Assembly (NCBI GenBank): GCA_964276515.1
Contig: OZ193909.1
Location: forward strand, 15,376,001 to 15,440,000
Origin: Gordius albopunctatus
Taxonomy: Eukaryota
Length of the DNA stretch: 64,000 bases
Direction: 5' to 3'
The translations under genes and the position numbers were made by a program. How positions within the stretch are numbered: the stretch's first letter is position 1; each line of letters opens with the position of its first letter. This document shows, in pieces, positions 24,870 through 37,334 of the stretch. The notes below the pieces were generated by a model, which did no database searches, was not told the DNA's origin, and was given only the letters and a program-made list of their open reading frames with translations.

Positions 24870-27263
24870 AAATAAAATCCATAATTTCAACCCAAAAAGT
24901 GCCCTTAGAGCTTTTTATGATAACAACTCAATTGCCCCTTGTTGTCCTGACTCTTATAGGGAGCTTAATCAAAAACACCCAGCAGCATCATCAGCCAGTA
25001 AATACCCCACATCTCCATCATCAATAGTGCTCGAGTCTTCAGACATCCGTGAAGCCCTTAACTCCTTTCCTTTGGACTCCGCAGCCGGACTCGACGGATG
25101 GCGCCCAGTATATCTACAAGATTTACTCAACCTGAATAACTTAAATACTGAACCTCTTTTAAATTCTATTACTTCCTTTTGTAATATCATTGTTAACGGA
25201 AAATTTTCTCATGAAATCATCCCTATTTTATTCGGTGCAAAACTTATCGCCATCAAAAAACAGGATAATTCAGTTAGACCCATCGCCATTGGAAGTCTTT
25301 TTAGCCGTATTATATCAAAAACCCTCTGCAAACTCATAAAACCCTCCTTATCCGCCAAGCTCCGCCCTCATCAACTCGGCTTCGGAATTAAAGGCGCATG
25401 TGAGGCAGCCAGCCATGCTGGCCGGATCACACTCCAAAATATTCCCACCGAGTCCTGCTTTGTTAAATTAGATTTTGCCAATGCTTTTAACTGCATTCGA
25501 AGAGAAACCCTTATTAACACTTTTTTAGCTGAATTCCCACAATTCGTAAATTACATTTTATTAAGCTATGGTTCTACAACCAAGCTCCAAGCTTCGATTC
25601 AGCGAATACGTCATTGACTCGTCCGAAGGCATCCAACAAGGAGACCCATTAGGCCCTCCTTTGTTTTGTTTAGCCATTCATAATTTAGTCGAGGCTATAT
25701 CATCTCAGTGTATTCTGGATTTAAATGTTTGTTATCTCGACGACGCCACCCTATGTGGCCGCCCGGAGGAGATCAGTAAAGCTATACAAATTATCAACAA
25801 TTTTAAACCCACTCTGAATCTTACATTAAACTCGAAAAAATGTGAAATCTTTCAGGCCCCCAACACTATTGACTTTCCAATTTTTAAACCTTTTTTAGTT
25901 TTAGAGAAGGAAAACATATCCCTTTTGGGATCACCCATTGGCGGTGAAAAATCTCTCTTAAATTTTCTTCATAAGAACCTTGAAATTTTAAAATCTAAAA
26001 CGGAACTTTTAAAATGCTTGCCAGCGCATCACTCATTTTACATAATCAAAAACTATTTTAACATCTCAAAGATTAATCATTGTTTTCGCTCATCTGGTGC
26101 ATTTTTACACCCAGACGTTTTAAAGTCGTACGAAGGCTTTTTAAAAACGTTATTAGAAAAAATTTTAAATTTAAAATTTAATACTAACAATTGGATTCAA
26201 GCATCCCTCCCAACCAAATCTGGAGGATTAGGAATTCGCCCTCCCGGCAGCATATCGCTAGCCGCTTTTATTTCCTCTTTTAAGTCGATCCAAAACTTAA
26301 TTTTTAATCTCATAAAACATGATTCCGACCCCCTGCTAACTCAAGCCTTGGAGCTTTGGAATTTGAATGTCACACCCGAGACCATCCAACCTCAAAGTAC
26401 GAGACAAAAGGATTGGGATTCTGGACTAGTATCGCGCTCCGTTGATTACCTCTTATCGAGCAGCGATGATAGCCAGAATTACAACCTTAGTCCCTCGCTT
26501 TTGACGGTTCCGGTCACGAGTGGCTTGAAGCCTATCCCAGCAAACTTTTGGGAATGCTGCTTGAAGACTTTGAGCTATCATATTCCATAGCTTTAAGGTT
26601 GGGGATTAGTTACAGCAGAGAATTCAACTGTCAAAACTGCCTTACCGTTGTAGACGAATATGCTAGGCACCCTCTACACTGCCTAGCAAACAAATATAAA
26701 TACGTTAGGCACACTAAAGCTAATTTATTAATTCAAGCTGCCCTTAAAAAGGCCAAAATCCCCTCAATCCTTGAGCCGTCCGATCCCTCCCTTGAAGGTA
26801 GGATGCGCCCTGACGGCTCTTCTCTAGTCCCCTGGCAAAATGGCCTATCCCTCAAATGGGATTTTACTTGTATTGACCTTTTTGCCCCTTCCCATTTTAA
26901 TTACGACCCTATCGCTACAGAAGAAGGGCGTAAAACTACAAAGTATTCTGCCCTTTTGGCATTCAATATTTTTATCCCTGTCGTTGCCACGTGCTCCGGT
27001 TCCTTTGGCAAACAGGCAATGGGGTTTTTTAAAGAAATCGGAAAACGCACCCCGAAATCTAAAATTTCTGCGTCCTTTTTACTCAGGCAACAACTAGGGA
27101 TTCTTGTTGCACGATACAACTTTAAATCCTTTGCCGACTCATGGCCCATTTTAGAAGAGAATGATATAAATCTTTGTATTTAACCAATATGTCTTTATTT
27201 TTGTATTTCGTTATTAATGTAACTTTGTTTCTTAAAATAAACTTTTTAACAAAAAAAAAAAAA
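24870..27263 (+). mobile_element. CRE-type non-LTR retrotransposon (RT plus restriction-like endonuclease), 5'-truncated, 2 frameshifts
   Basis: RPIAIG, LDFANAFN, GIQQGDPLGP, YLDD, GGLGI. C-terminal CQNC..HPLHC, RH, RPD..DFT..EGRKTTKY RLE motifs. AATAAA and poly(A) at 27251-27263. Confidence 0.9.
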
Positions 27264-29120
27264 GCTAAGTAGTTTTATTAAAATATTATAACCTTAAATA
27301 AGGGTTTTGAAAGTTTATTTGGCTTATATGGTTTTATGTATCCTGAAGTGCCACTTGTAAAAACTTTTTTCCATGTAGGTCGTTTCTTAAATGAGAGAAG
27401 AACTCGAGTGACCGGAAATTACCTATTTTTTATTTTTAAACTATTTTTATTAACATTTTTAACACAAACATATTGAAAAAAAATTAAACAAAAAAATAAA
27501 AATAAAAATATTTGACGGGTCCGGGCCGAGCTCGGGCTTTGTATAAACTTAGCGGGCCGGGCCTGGGCTTATAATTTAATATTTTGACGGGCCCGGGCCG
27601 GGCTTTTAAATTTTTATTACGGGGGGACCGACTGACCTAAACAGGCCCGTTGCAGGTCTCTAGTTCAAGCCATAATGTTAAGTCATGAAAACAAGTCAAT
27701 TGCCCCTTTATGATGGAATATGATAGCTCAAAGTTTTCAAGCAGCAATACCAAAAGTTTGCTGGGATAGGCTTCAAGCCACTCGTAACCGGAACCATCAA
27801 AAGCGAGGGACCTAAGGTTGTATTGCTGGCTATCATCGCTGCTCGATAAAAGGTAATCAACGGAGCGCAATACTAGTCCAGAATCTCAATCCTTTTGTCT
27901 CGTACTTTGAGGTTTAATGGTCTCGGGTGTGACATTCAAATTCCAAAGCTCCAAGGCTTGAGTTAGCAGAGGGTCGGAATCATGTTTTGTGAGATTAAAA
28001 ATTAATTTATGAACCGACTTAAAAGAGGAAATAAAAGCGGCTAGCGATATGCTGCCGGGAGGGCGAATTCCTAATCCTCCTGATTTGGTTTGGAGGGATG
28101 CTTTAATCCAATTGCTGTTATTAAATTTTAAATTTTTTCTAATAAAGTTTTTATAAAGCCTTCGTACGACTTTAAAACGTCTGGGTGTAAAAATGCGCCA
28201 GATGAGCGAAAACAATGATTAATCTTTGAAATGTTAAAATATTTTTTTATTATCTAAAATGAGTGATGCGCTGGCAAGCATTTTAAAAGTTCTGTTTTAG
28301 ATTTTAAAATTTCAAGGTTCTTATGAAGAAAATTTAAGAGAGATTTTTAACCGCCAATGGGTGATCCCAAAAGGGATATGTTTTCCTTCTCTAAAACTAA
28401 AAAAGTTTTAAAAATTGGAAAGTGAATAGTGTTGGGGGCCTGAAGGATTTCAAATTTTTTCGAGTATAATTTAAGATTTAGAGTGGGTTCAAAATTGTTG
28501 ATAATTTCTATAGCTTTACTGATCTCCTCCGGGCGGCCACATAGGGTGGCGTCGTCGAGATACCAAAAATTTAAATCCAGGGTACACTGAGATGATATAG
28601 CCTCGAAGAGATTATGAATGGCTAAACAAAACAAAGGAGGGCCTAATGGATCTCTTTGTTAGATGCCTTCGGACGAGTCAATGACGTATTCCCCGAATCG
28701 AAGCTTGGTTGTAGAAGCATAGCTTAATAAATTGTAATTAAAAAATTGTGGGAATTCAGCTAAAAATGTGTTAATAAGGGTTTCTCTTCGAATGCTGTTA
28801 AAAGCATTGGGAAAATCTAATATAACAAAGCAGGACTCGGTATGAATATTTTGAAGTGTGATCCAGCCAGCATGGCTGGCTGCCTCACAGCCGCCTTTAA
28901 TTCCGAAGCCGAGTTGAAGAGGGTAGAGCTTGGCGGATTAGGAGGGTTTTATGAGTTTGCAGAGGATTTTAGATATAATACGACGAAAAAGACTTCCAAT
29001 GGCAACGGGTCTAACTGAGTTATCCGGTTTTTTTGATGGCGATAAGTTTTGCACCGAATAAAATAGGGATGATTTTATGAGGAAATATTCCATTAACAAT
29101 GATATTACAAAAATAAGTAA

Positions 29121-29899
29121 TCTATATATATAAAGTAAAGTGTATGTATGTATGGATATATGTATGTAAGGACTAAATTCTGAAACTACAGGCCCGATTC
29201 GCGCGAAACTTTACCCGTAGGTTCCCAGGGCGGCCAGGGGTAAAATAGCTTTTTCAGAATCCTTAAATTCCTTTTAGTTTTAAAAATATCGCACATTTCC
29301 TGGCCAGTTTGATTTATAACAGCATATACAATAATGACGTCATACATACAAGGCTGAAGTTTTCTCGAATTAGATATTTAAAAGTATAATAAAAATGTTA
29401 CAATATACGGTCAAAATTATTGGTGTTTAACAAACTATTTAATTTAAATAAATAATATTTAAATTATCATCACGTGGTCGATCATAGAAGCATATTTTTA
29501 ATAATAATTATCCATCCTTCAATTAATTATTTTATTATATTAAAGAAAATTGTATTTTAAATAAATCAGCTAACTAGAAAAATAAAATAATGGTATTATT
29601 GTATAATAAGTAACAGCATTGATCAGCAATTTTTTCAAAAACATTTAATTTTAGTCGGATTTGATGACTAAAACAGAATTCGCATTTGGTTTGTCTTATT
29701 ATATATATGCTAAAAATAGTGGGTTCATAAAATCCATGACGTGATAAAATTCGTGCTCTAAATAAATATTATGGATATTTTATTTATTTGAATTATTATT
29801 TCATATAGGACCCCATTTTAGATAAGTCTTATTAATAGGTTATACTTATTTAACCACTTAAGGACTCAGCCAAAGCAACACTTGGCCGGGTACATCTAG
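29121..29899 (+). mobile_element. Non-autonomous Helitron
   Basis: 5' TC, 3' CTAG, subterminal hairpin cagccaa..ttggccg. Inserted between A and T of the CRE sequence with no TSD. Confidence 0.92.
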
Positions 29900-30715
29900 T
29901 AGAATTTAAAAGAGGTTCAGTATTTAAATTATTCAAGTTGAGTAAATCTTGTAGATATACTAGGCGCCATCCATCGAGTCCGGCTGCGGAGTCCAAAGGA
30001 AAGGAGTTAAGGGCTTCACGGATGTCTGAAGACTCGAGCACTATTGATGATGGAGATGTGGGGTATTTACTGGCTGAGAATGCTGCTGGGTGTTTTTGAT
30101 TAAGCTCCCTATAAGAGTCAGGGCAACAAGGGGCAATTGAGTTGTTATCATAAAAAGCTCTAAGGGCACTTTTTGGGTTGAAATTATGGATTTTATTTGA
30201 AATGTGCTTGGCAGTTTGGTTAATTAAGAATTCCAGTGGAAAGGGTTTTGTTTTACTTGTGCATGTAATGGGATCAACAGTATTAAAACATAGAAGGGAT
30301 TCCTTGATGAGACTTGATAAATTATGTTCATTAGGTTCCCTAACATAAAGGATATGATATGGAAATTTAAAAAGTTTGTCCCAATTAGTTAAGTTATAAG
30401 GGTTTTTGATAATAGAAGTGAATATATTTAGCAGAGATTGTTGGATGGAAGGTCTGGCTCCTCTTGGGATTCTAGAGATAGTATTAGGAAATGGATTTTT
30501 TAAAAAAGAATTGCTCCAAGATGCGTCAGGCGGTTGATTAATTGATGGGGAGCATTTTAAGGATGGGGTGATGACGGGGCTAGGGATTGGCATTAGGGAA
30601 GCCTCTTCAATGTTAGAAGCCAGGGGTGGAATTAGTAAGCAGGGTGGAGGTAATTTGCCAGAAGAAGGGCATCTTGAAGACACAGGGCCATGAATCCAGA
30701 AACAATTATGTTTAT

Positions 30716-33700
30716 TGTAGAGAGGTAATAGGAGTGCGAAGTGCCTCCGGGGATAAGTTAGTTACCTGTGTGTAGTCAATAAAATTAGTCTTACTCACTT
30801 ACTATTTTTTTTACTATTATGATATCCTTTCGTAACTTGTTTTGGAGATTATTTCCCCGCTCCTAACAGTGGCATCTTGAAACTTACGCGGAGATGCAGA
30901 AATATAAAACAACGGCGAACATCGACGCTTTTATAACACAATTTGAGCTATTCCTAAGGAACAATAAGACGGAGACAGATGAGCAAAAAGCAGCTCTATT
31001 ATTAACCAGATTGGATGAGGAGGCATTCCAATTAATACTAGAGGATTATAGAGCTCAAGAGTTGACAGGAATTACATATGAAGAAGCTAAAAATCGGTTA
31101 AGAAAATTATTCCAGAGGAATTCATGGGCGAGGGCAAAGAGGCATGAATTCTCAAAGGTTCGACAAGGCCAGGGAGAGACGATAGACGCGTACACTAATA
31201 GACTCAAGGGCGGAGCTAACAGCTGCAACTTCGGGAACGATGAGTTACAGAACAGAATTGTCGACCAATTCATTATAGGATTGCGCGATAGAAGCTTACA
31301 GGCGAGGCTGTTGGCAGAAAATAACATCAAATGGGACCGTCTACGAGAGCTGGCGTTGACGGTCGAGACGATTGGGGGGCTAAGAACCTTGCAGGACGGG
31401 CCCGAAGAGACGTGGAGCGTAGTGGCGAGACGAGAAGCGTGGCCTGGGCAGGCACGGATTCCCAGGTTAAATCATGCTTTAGATGTGTTAACAGTAGATA
31501 TATATATTAATAACGAGTTATTCCAATGCATCTTTGATACGGGCGCGACGGTCTGGATAGTACCGGTGCGAAGATGGGCAAAGGAGATCCCACGCAACAA
31601 AGAGCCCGTCCCGACGGTGTACGCTTACGGCCACGGGGAAATAAAGATCGTAGCCAAGGTACTAGCCGATGTCCGAATGGGGAACACGAGGAAATAGCTG
31701 TCGTTATTATTAGCAGACGTAGCGGGGCCCGTTGTGCGGGATAGATTTGATCCTAGAACTCAAGCCCGAAATCTGGTGTCGTATACGTTGGAACTTGAGA
31801 GCTGAGGCGGAACGGTTCGCGGTCAATTACGTGGAAAGACCGAAGAATACCAAATCCGCGATCCAGCACGTGATGAAGCAATGGGATGGCAAGATAAACG
31901 AATGCCCAAAAGCAGTCAAGGGAATAACGGTGGAAGTGCCGTTAAAAGAAGGCATAAATCCCGTGTTCATCCCCGCACGAAGGGTGCCGATGACATGGAA
32001 GAAAGAAGTAGAAGAAGAGTTGGAAAAATGGGTCAGAGATGGGGTAATAGCACCAATCAATTTTTTAAGATGGGCCAGTCTAGTGGTACCCGTAAAAAAG
32101 CGATGGGAGCCTGCGATTATGTATAGAATACCGGTTTACGATAAAGACGCGTAAGGTTTGTTGTACTCTTTACCCAAAATCGAAGATTTGTTAAACTCGA
32201 TAACGCGTGTTGTTTTACGAAGCTGGACCTAACAAAAGCGTACTTACAGCTGGAATTAGGGCCAGAGACGAGCTAACGATTGACTATCTCTACGCACGAG
32301 GGCTTATTTAAAGTTAACCGGATGCCTTTTGGCTTAAATTGTGCCGCGGCGATATTCCAAAAAACAATGGATCAAATATTAGGAGGCATAGAGGGGGTAG
32401 CGGTATACATCGACGATAAACTAATTGCAGGGGAAACGGAAGAAATTTACAACGAGCGGTTACTCAAAGTACTAGAAACGTTACAAAAGTGGGGGTTTGT
32501 GCAAAACATTGTCAAGAGCATATTGTGGGCAAAGGAAGTAACCTTTTTGGGATACGTAATAAGTAACAAGGGGATTCAAATCAATGACAATAAAGCCGAA
32601 CTAGTCAAGCAGTGGAAGAATTTAACAAACAAAAATGAAATAAAATCCTTCCTTGGGTTAACGGCATATTTTTCAAAGTTCATTAAGGACTACGCCAAAA
32701 TCGTGCACCCGATTCAGAAACTCATGAAAAAAAACGTGATGTACCACTGGGGTGAAGAACAACAAGGCGCATTTGAAGCCATCAAATCCGCGCTTACGAA
32801 AGCCCGCGTACTGGCATACTTTAATGGAGATTGGGAGACGGGCCTTGTCGTAGACACCTCTGGAACAGTGTTAGGGGCCATCTTACAGCAACGAGCACCA
32901 GGAGAGAATTGGACAGTGGTGGCCTATGCTTCAAGAGCATTAAACTATAGCGAAAGCCGGTATTCGACGATCGAACGAGAGGCGCTTGCGGTGGTGTATG
33001 GACTAAAAAAGTTCAATGAATATATACAAGGACGAAGCGTGACTATTATGACGGATCATAGACCGCTTGTTTATATATTTAATTACAGCAAAAGGGGCAA
33101 GGAACAATGGTCACCACGTCTAACTAGGTGGGCGCTCATAGTATCAGGCTACACGACCAAGTTTGAGTAAAATAAGGGATCGGAAAACGCGGCAGATTTC
33201 TTGTCTAGAAAACCGAACGAAAACGCGTATCAGATTAGCTAGGAAATGCCAGAAGACACGACGAATCCGTTTATATCATTGGACGTAGTAAGACAACACA
33301 CCTTGGAAGATCCGGGGCTACGTCAATTAAAAGAGTGTATTAAAGGTAAACAAAACACAATGGTCACGTATGGTCTAAAGCGCTCCTACCAAAAACACAT
33401 GCCAAAGTTAAAAGGGCGACGAATATTAATTCCGGCTAAGTTACGAGTAGCGGTGCTCCAAAGACTAAATAAGGGCCACGTGTGGATAAAGCGAATGCAA
33501 GAAGTGGCGTGGCAGTATATATGGTGTCCTACGCTCGACGATGACTTATTACACCGCCGCGGCGGCGAAGAAGGCACCGTTGATAGAGTGTCAACCTAGC
33601 CATAAACCATGGGTCCAAGTACATATCGATATCATGGGTCCTCTCAAGGGTGAGTAATACCTGGTGATGGTGGACAATAGCTCAAAATGGGTAGAAGTGT

Positions 33701-34702
33701 TTAAATTAGAAGACACCACATCGACAACAATTATAAAAAAACTGGCCGAAACGTTTGCTAGATTTGGAAATCCATAAATGGTTAATATTAAATAACGCTC
33801 CGCAATTCAAAGGGCAGGAATTACAGAATTTTTGCGAGATGAGAGGGATGAATCAGCGATGGATAGCTCCGTACTATCCTGCGTTGAACGGTTTGGCAGA
33901 AATATACGTACGATTAATTAAAGAAGACATCATTAGGAAAGAGTCGGAAGTAGGGCTAAGTAGATTTTTGGAAAACTACAGATCTACAAAACACCCCGCA
34001 ACCAATAAATGCCTGGCAGAGGTGATGCTAAAAAGGCGTATGCGAACCGAATAGGAGGTATTGAGGGAAACCGTACTACAACAATGGGTAGAGACCAGTA
34101 ACCCGCGAATGTTCAACGTAGGAGACTTGGTTTGGGTACGCATGTTTTTGGGTCCAAGCAAATGGGTAGAAGGCACTATAAAAGCCAAGCAGGGTAGTCG
34201 TTCCTACGATGTATGGGCACAGGGAGGAAAGCACCACCGACACGTGGATCAAGTAAGGAAACGGAAAATCCTGAATTGGACCACTCTGGGACAAGAGAAC
34301 GGGTGACCACAAAGAAGAGCATCAGAAATAGAAGAGGGAACAAGTGCCCCAAGGGAACAAATACAAAACAGGGAAACAAGTGCTAAAAGGGAACAAAGTC
34401 AAAACCAGTCAGAAACGCTTAGGGAAAAACCTAGATACCCACAGCGTAGTTGAAAACCGCTAGCATTCCTTAAGGATTTTATCTGTGAAAAGGGGGAGGG
34501 GAACTGTAGAGAAGTAATAGGAGTGCGAAGTGCCTCCGGGGATGTGTGTTGTCGTTATTTACCTGTGTGTTGTCAATCAAATTATCATTAATTAGTTGTA
34601 ACTTATATATGCGTTTGATATACACGTCTTACTCACTTACTATTTTCTTACTATTTTTATATCCTTTCGTAACGTGTTTTGGAAATTATTTCCCTGCTAA
34701 CA
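30716..34702 (+). mobile_element. Degenerate Ty3/Gypsy LTR retrotransposon (Gypsy-2)
   Basis: LTRs 30716-30868 and 34505-34702 (TG..CA). TSD TTTAT (30711-30715, 34703-34707). PPT before 34505. Gag-protease ORF 30894-31697 (IFDTGA); RT YIDD, RNase H and integrase broken by stops and frameshifts. Confidence 0.93.
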
Positions 34703-35559
34703 TTTATCAAGGCATATTCGTCGCTTACAAGTTGGGCATAGGGGTTTAGAGATTAACATACGTGGAATAAAAAAACTTGATGTGAACAATTAAAATTAAA
34801 GTTGGGATTATTTTAAATTTTAAAGCTCTATGATTTATAGGAATTTTGCAAGTTTAATAATACAAAAGACTATCTGGGAAAAGTATTATTAATTGAATGA
34901 TAATAGCCTATAATTATAATATAGTCGAAAAAGTCGATTCACACTTTGGCTAGTGGTCATTTTTTTTAATGGTCAGCAGATTAAAAAGCGTATAAATACA
35001 TAAAGACCAAATATTAAAAAAACGCAAATATTTTTCAATCACACTTTGACCAGTGGTCATTTTTTCCACTGGTCAGTAGCCAGTAGACTGACAAAAAGCC
35101 GAAATATATTATCAATGCAAAATTTAGGTTATTAACAAAAAGAAAATCACAAAATGCAAATATAAATGGTTATTAACCAAAATTTTGGTCTTTGGCTGGG
35201 GTCAGATAAAGTAGAAGTAAACATCGGCCATCATTTGCCAGGAATTATTTAGCGAGGCATCCGATATATAGCAACAACATTGACAAGTTGCAATAAAAAA
35301 TTTTTTGTGTATAGCCAATCAGTCAAGCCCATAAACAATAATGAAATTTTGGCTCGGACAAGGTCAAATATTTAAAACCAACCAGCGATCATAAGCTAGT
35401 GTATTTGCGAAAGCAATATAAAGGTCATTTACAGAAGAATAAGACCACAGCCATTAAAAACCCTTATAAGTTTCCCCGGGAATTATGCAAAAATTACTAT
35501 TTAGACACGACACCCACTCACGACACGACAACAAACAGGATGCATATATAAAGAAAAAT

Positions 35560-37070
35560 AAGATTTTGGGGAAGAGTTGACAAAACGCTTCCTATGATAC
35601 CTAAATACGAGATAATCATTATTTGACAAATAAGGATTCAAATGGTATAATGATATACATGGATTAAAAGTACCTATGGCACTTGATTTAGCCATCACAA
35701 ATAGTTTAAAAAAACATTAATCATCTAATATCGTACAAATTTAGGTCGGTTGTCGTTGATTGACCTCTTCTTAATATCAATAAAAATTTTAAAATGCAGA
35801 TAATTGTAAAGTTTTACCAGATGAGGCTATTGCAGCCCAGCATGTGAGGGACTATGTCATCTCCAAGGCGAACACATGTATATAGACAATTATTAAAATA
35901 CCACCGATATGTGGTGTGAAGTAGCATACAAAAAGATAAAGAGACCTGGTGTTGGAACTAAGACGTGCAACGCCTAGTCAAGTTTAAAAGGACTTACAAA
36001 ACTTGGTCAGGCAATTGGAATGAAGAAACAATATTGGCATTATGTTAATGCTAAAAATTAAACAAAACGTTCTGTGTCAAGGCTAAGATAGATGTCTACA
36101 AAAATTTGAATGCCAAGCTAAAAACTGAAAAAGGGGAAGGAATTATCTACAAAATTGCAAGGACCAAACCATAAAGATCAAGGAAGGCAACATTTCAACT
36201 CTAACCAATCAAATCATAGACAGTTGATAAGAATACTATAAATAATTATTAGTGAATAGAGAATTTCGGACCATTACAAAAGCAAAAACTATAAATAAGG
36301 TCTAGAGTTATGTAAGGATCCGTTACCAGTGGACAACTCCAAGCGTTATTTGTTGATTAGTTTTAATTGTATATATGTATATTTCGTGTGTTGTTACGAA
36401 TAGATAACATACATATAATTCATTCATACAAAAATCATACGTTGTATTGTAGAAATAAATCTCACTCATTATCTACGAATCTAATACTCCTATCCTAAAA
36501 TATAATACCGGGATAATAACGTCTCATCTCTAAAATAAATACCCCCTTGCTTCCCTTATATTAATAAGTTTAGAAGTTACAGAAGAAGATGTTGACCAGT
36601 GCTCAAAAAGTACACTATAGGTAGAGCGATGGGACCTGATAATACATCCATGGAAGGTTTCAAAACCCTAATTAGCAAAGCAGTAAAGCATTGACCTTAG
36701 AACCGGGATGAAACTAAATGAACACTAAGAATTACATCTGCAAATCGATGACTGGTGTTTAAGCAGTAGGAAATAATTCAAATATCTTGGTGGGGGTGTG
36801 GAAGTAAAATTAAGGCAAGAATAAACGCAGGATGGAAAACAAAGGAGATTATTGGTCAATTATGTGATAAATAGATACTACACAAATAAAAAGGACCATT
36901 ATATGACACCGAGATCAGAGGAAAGTCACCTGGCAAATTGTATCAAAAAGGTGTATGAGGTAAGCTAAATATAGTAAGACCTAAGCTGACATGGAAACAT
37001 AAAATAGATATGGACTAGAAAAGGTTATGAGCTAAAGCTAGACTGATGAAAGTGCAGGTATGCGTGAAAA
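35560..37070 (+). mobile_element. Old, heavily decayed RTE-like LINE
   Basis: Residual peptides in the expected order: AITNS, NCKVLPDEAIAAQH, KETW.WN, GPDN..ME, INAGW, LCDK. Confidence 0.65.
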
Positions 37071-37334
37071 AACGAATAAGCCCAAATATCAAAAATAGCT
37101 ATAGTAAAAAATCAATAAAATTTTATTCTTCTTGAGTGTAAAATTATTATGTAAGCATTGATAATTTAATTGTTTTTTAAATATCACCGTCTTCGTGACT
37201 AATTAACTTTTTTTTGTTCTCTGTCTTAAAGGGTTCTAAGACATTAATAGATACGCGATCAGATATTGTAAGTGTATGATTGTGAAAACTACAGTTATTG
37301 AAAGTACATTAATTTGTTAAGTGATTTCACTTTG

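Larger units (their letters stand above)
23950..27662. mobile_element. hAT-type non-autonomous element split by nested insertions
   Basis: ACGGGC/GGGCC subterminal clusters at 23957-24060 and 27515-27650. Right TIR TGCAGGTCTCTA resembles that of 6569-8399. Left TIR not found. Confidence 0.6.
27712..34759 (-). mobile_element. Second CRE-type copy, 5'-complete and 3'-truncated, interrupted by a Helitron and Gypsy-2
   Basis: High similarity to 24870-26590 in inverse orientation. Removing Gypsy-2 restores MLISKPLCPTCKRRICLDKHNCFWIHGPVSSRCPSSG from the ATG at 34759. Confidence 0.88.

Noticed and set aside
36311..36560. Solo LTR in the old RTE
   Set aside because: Termini are suggestive (TGTAAGG/CCTTATA), but there is no convincing TSD or second copy, so it is not listed as a feature.
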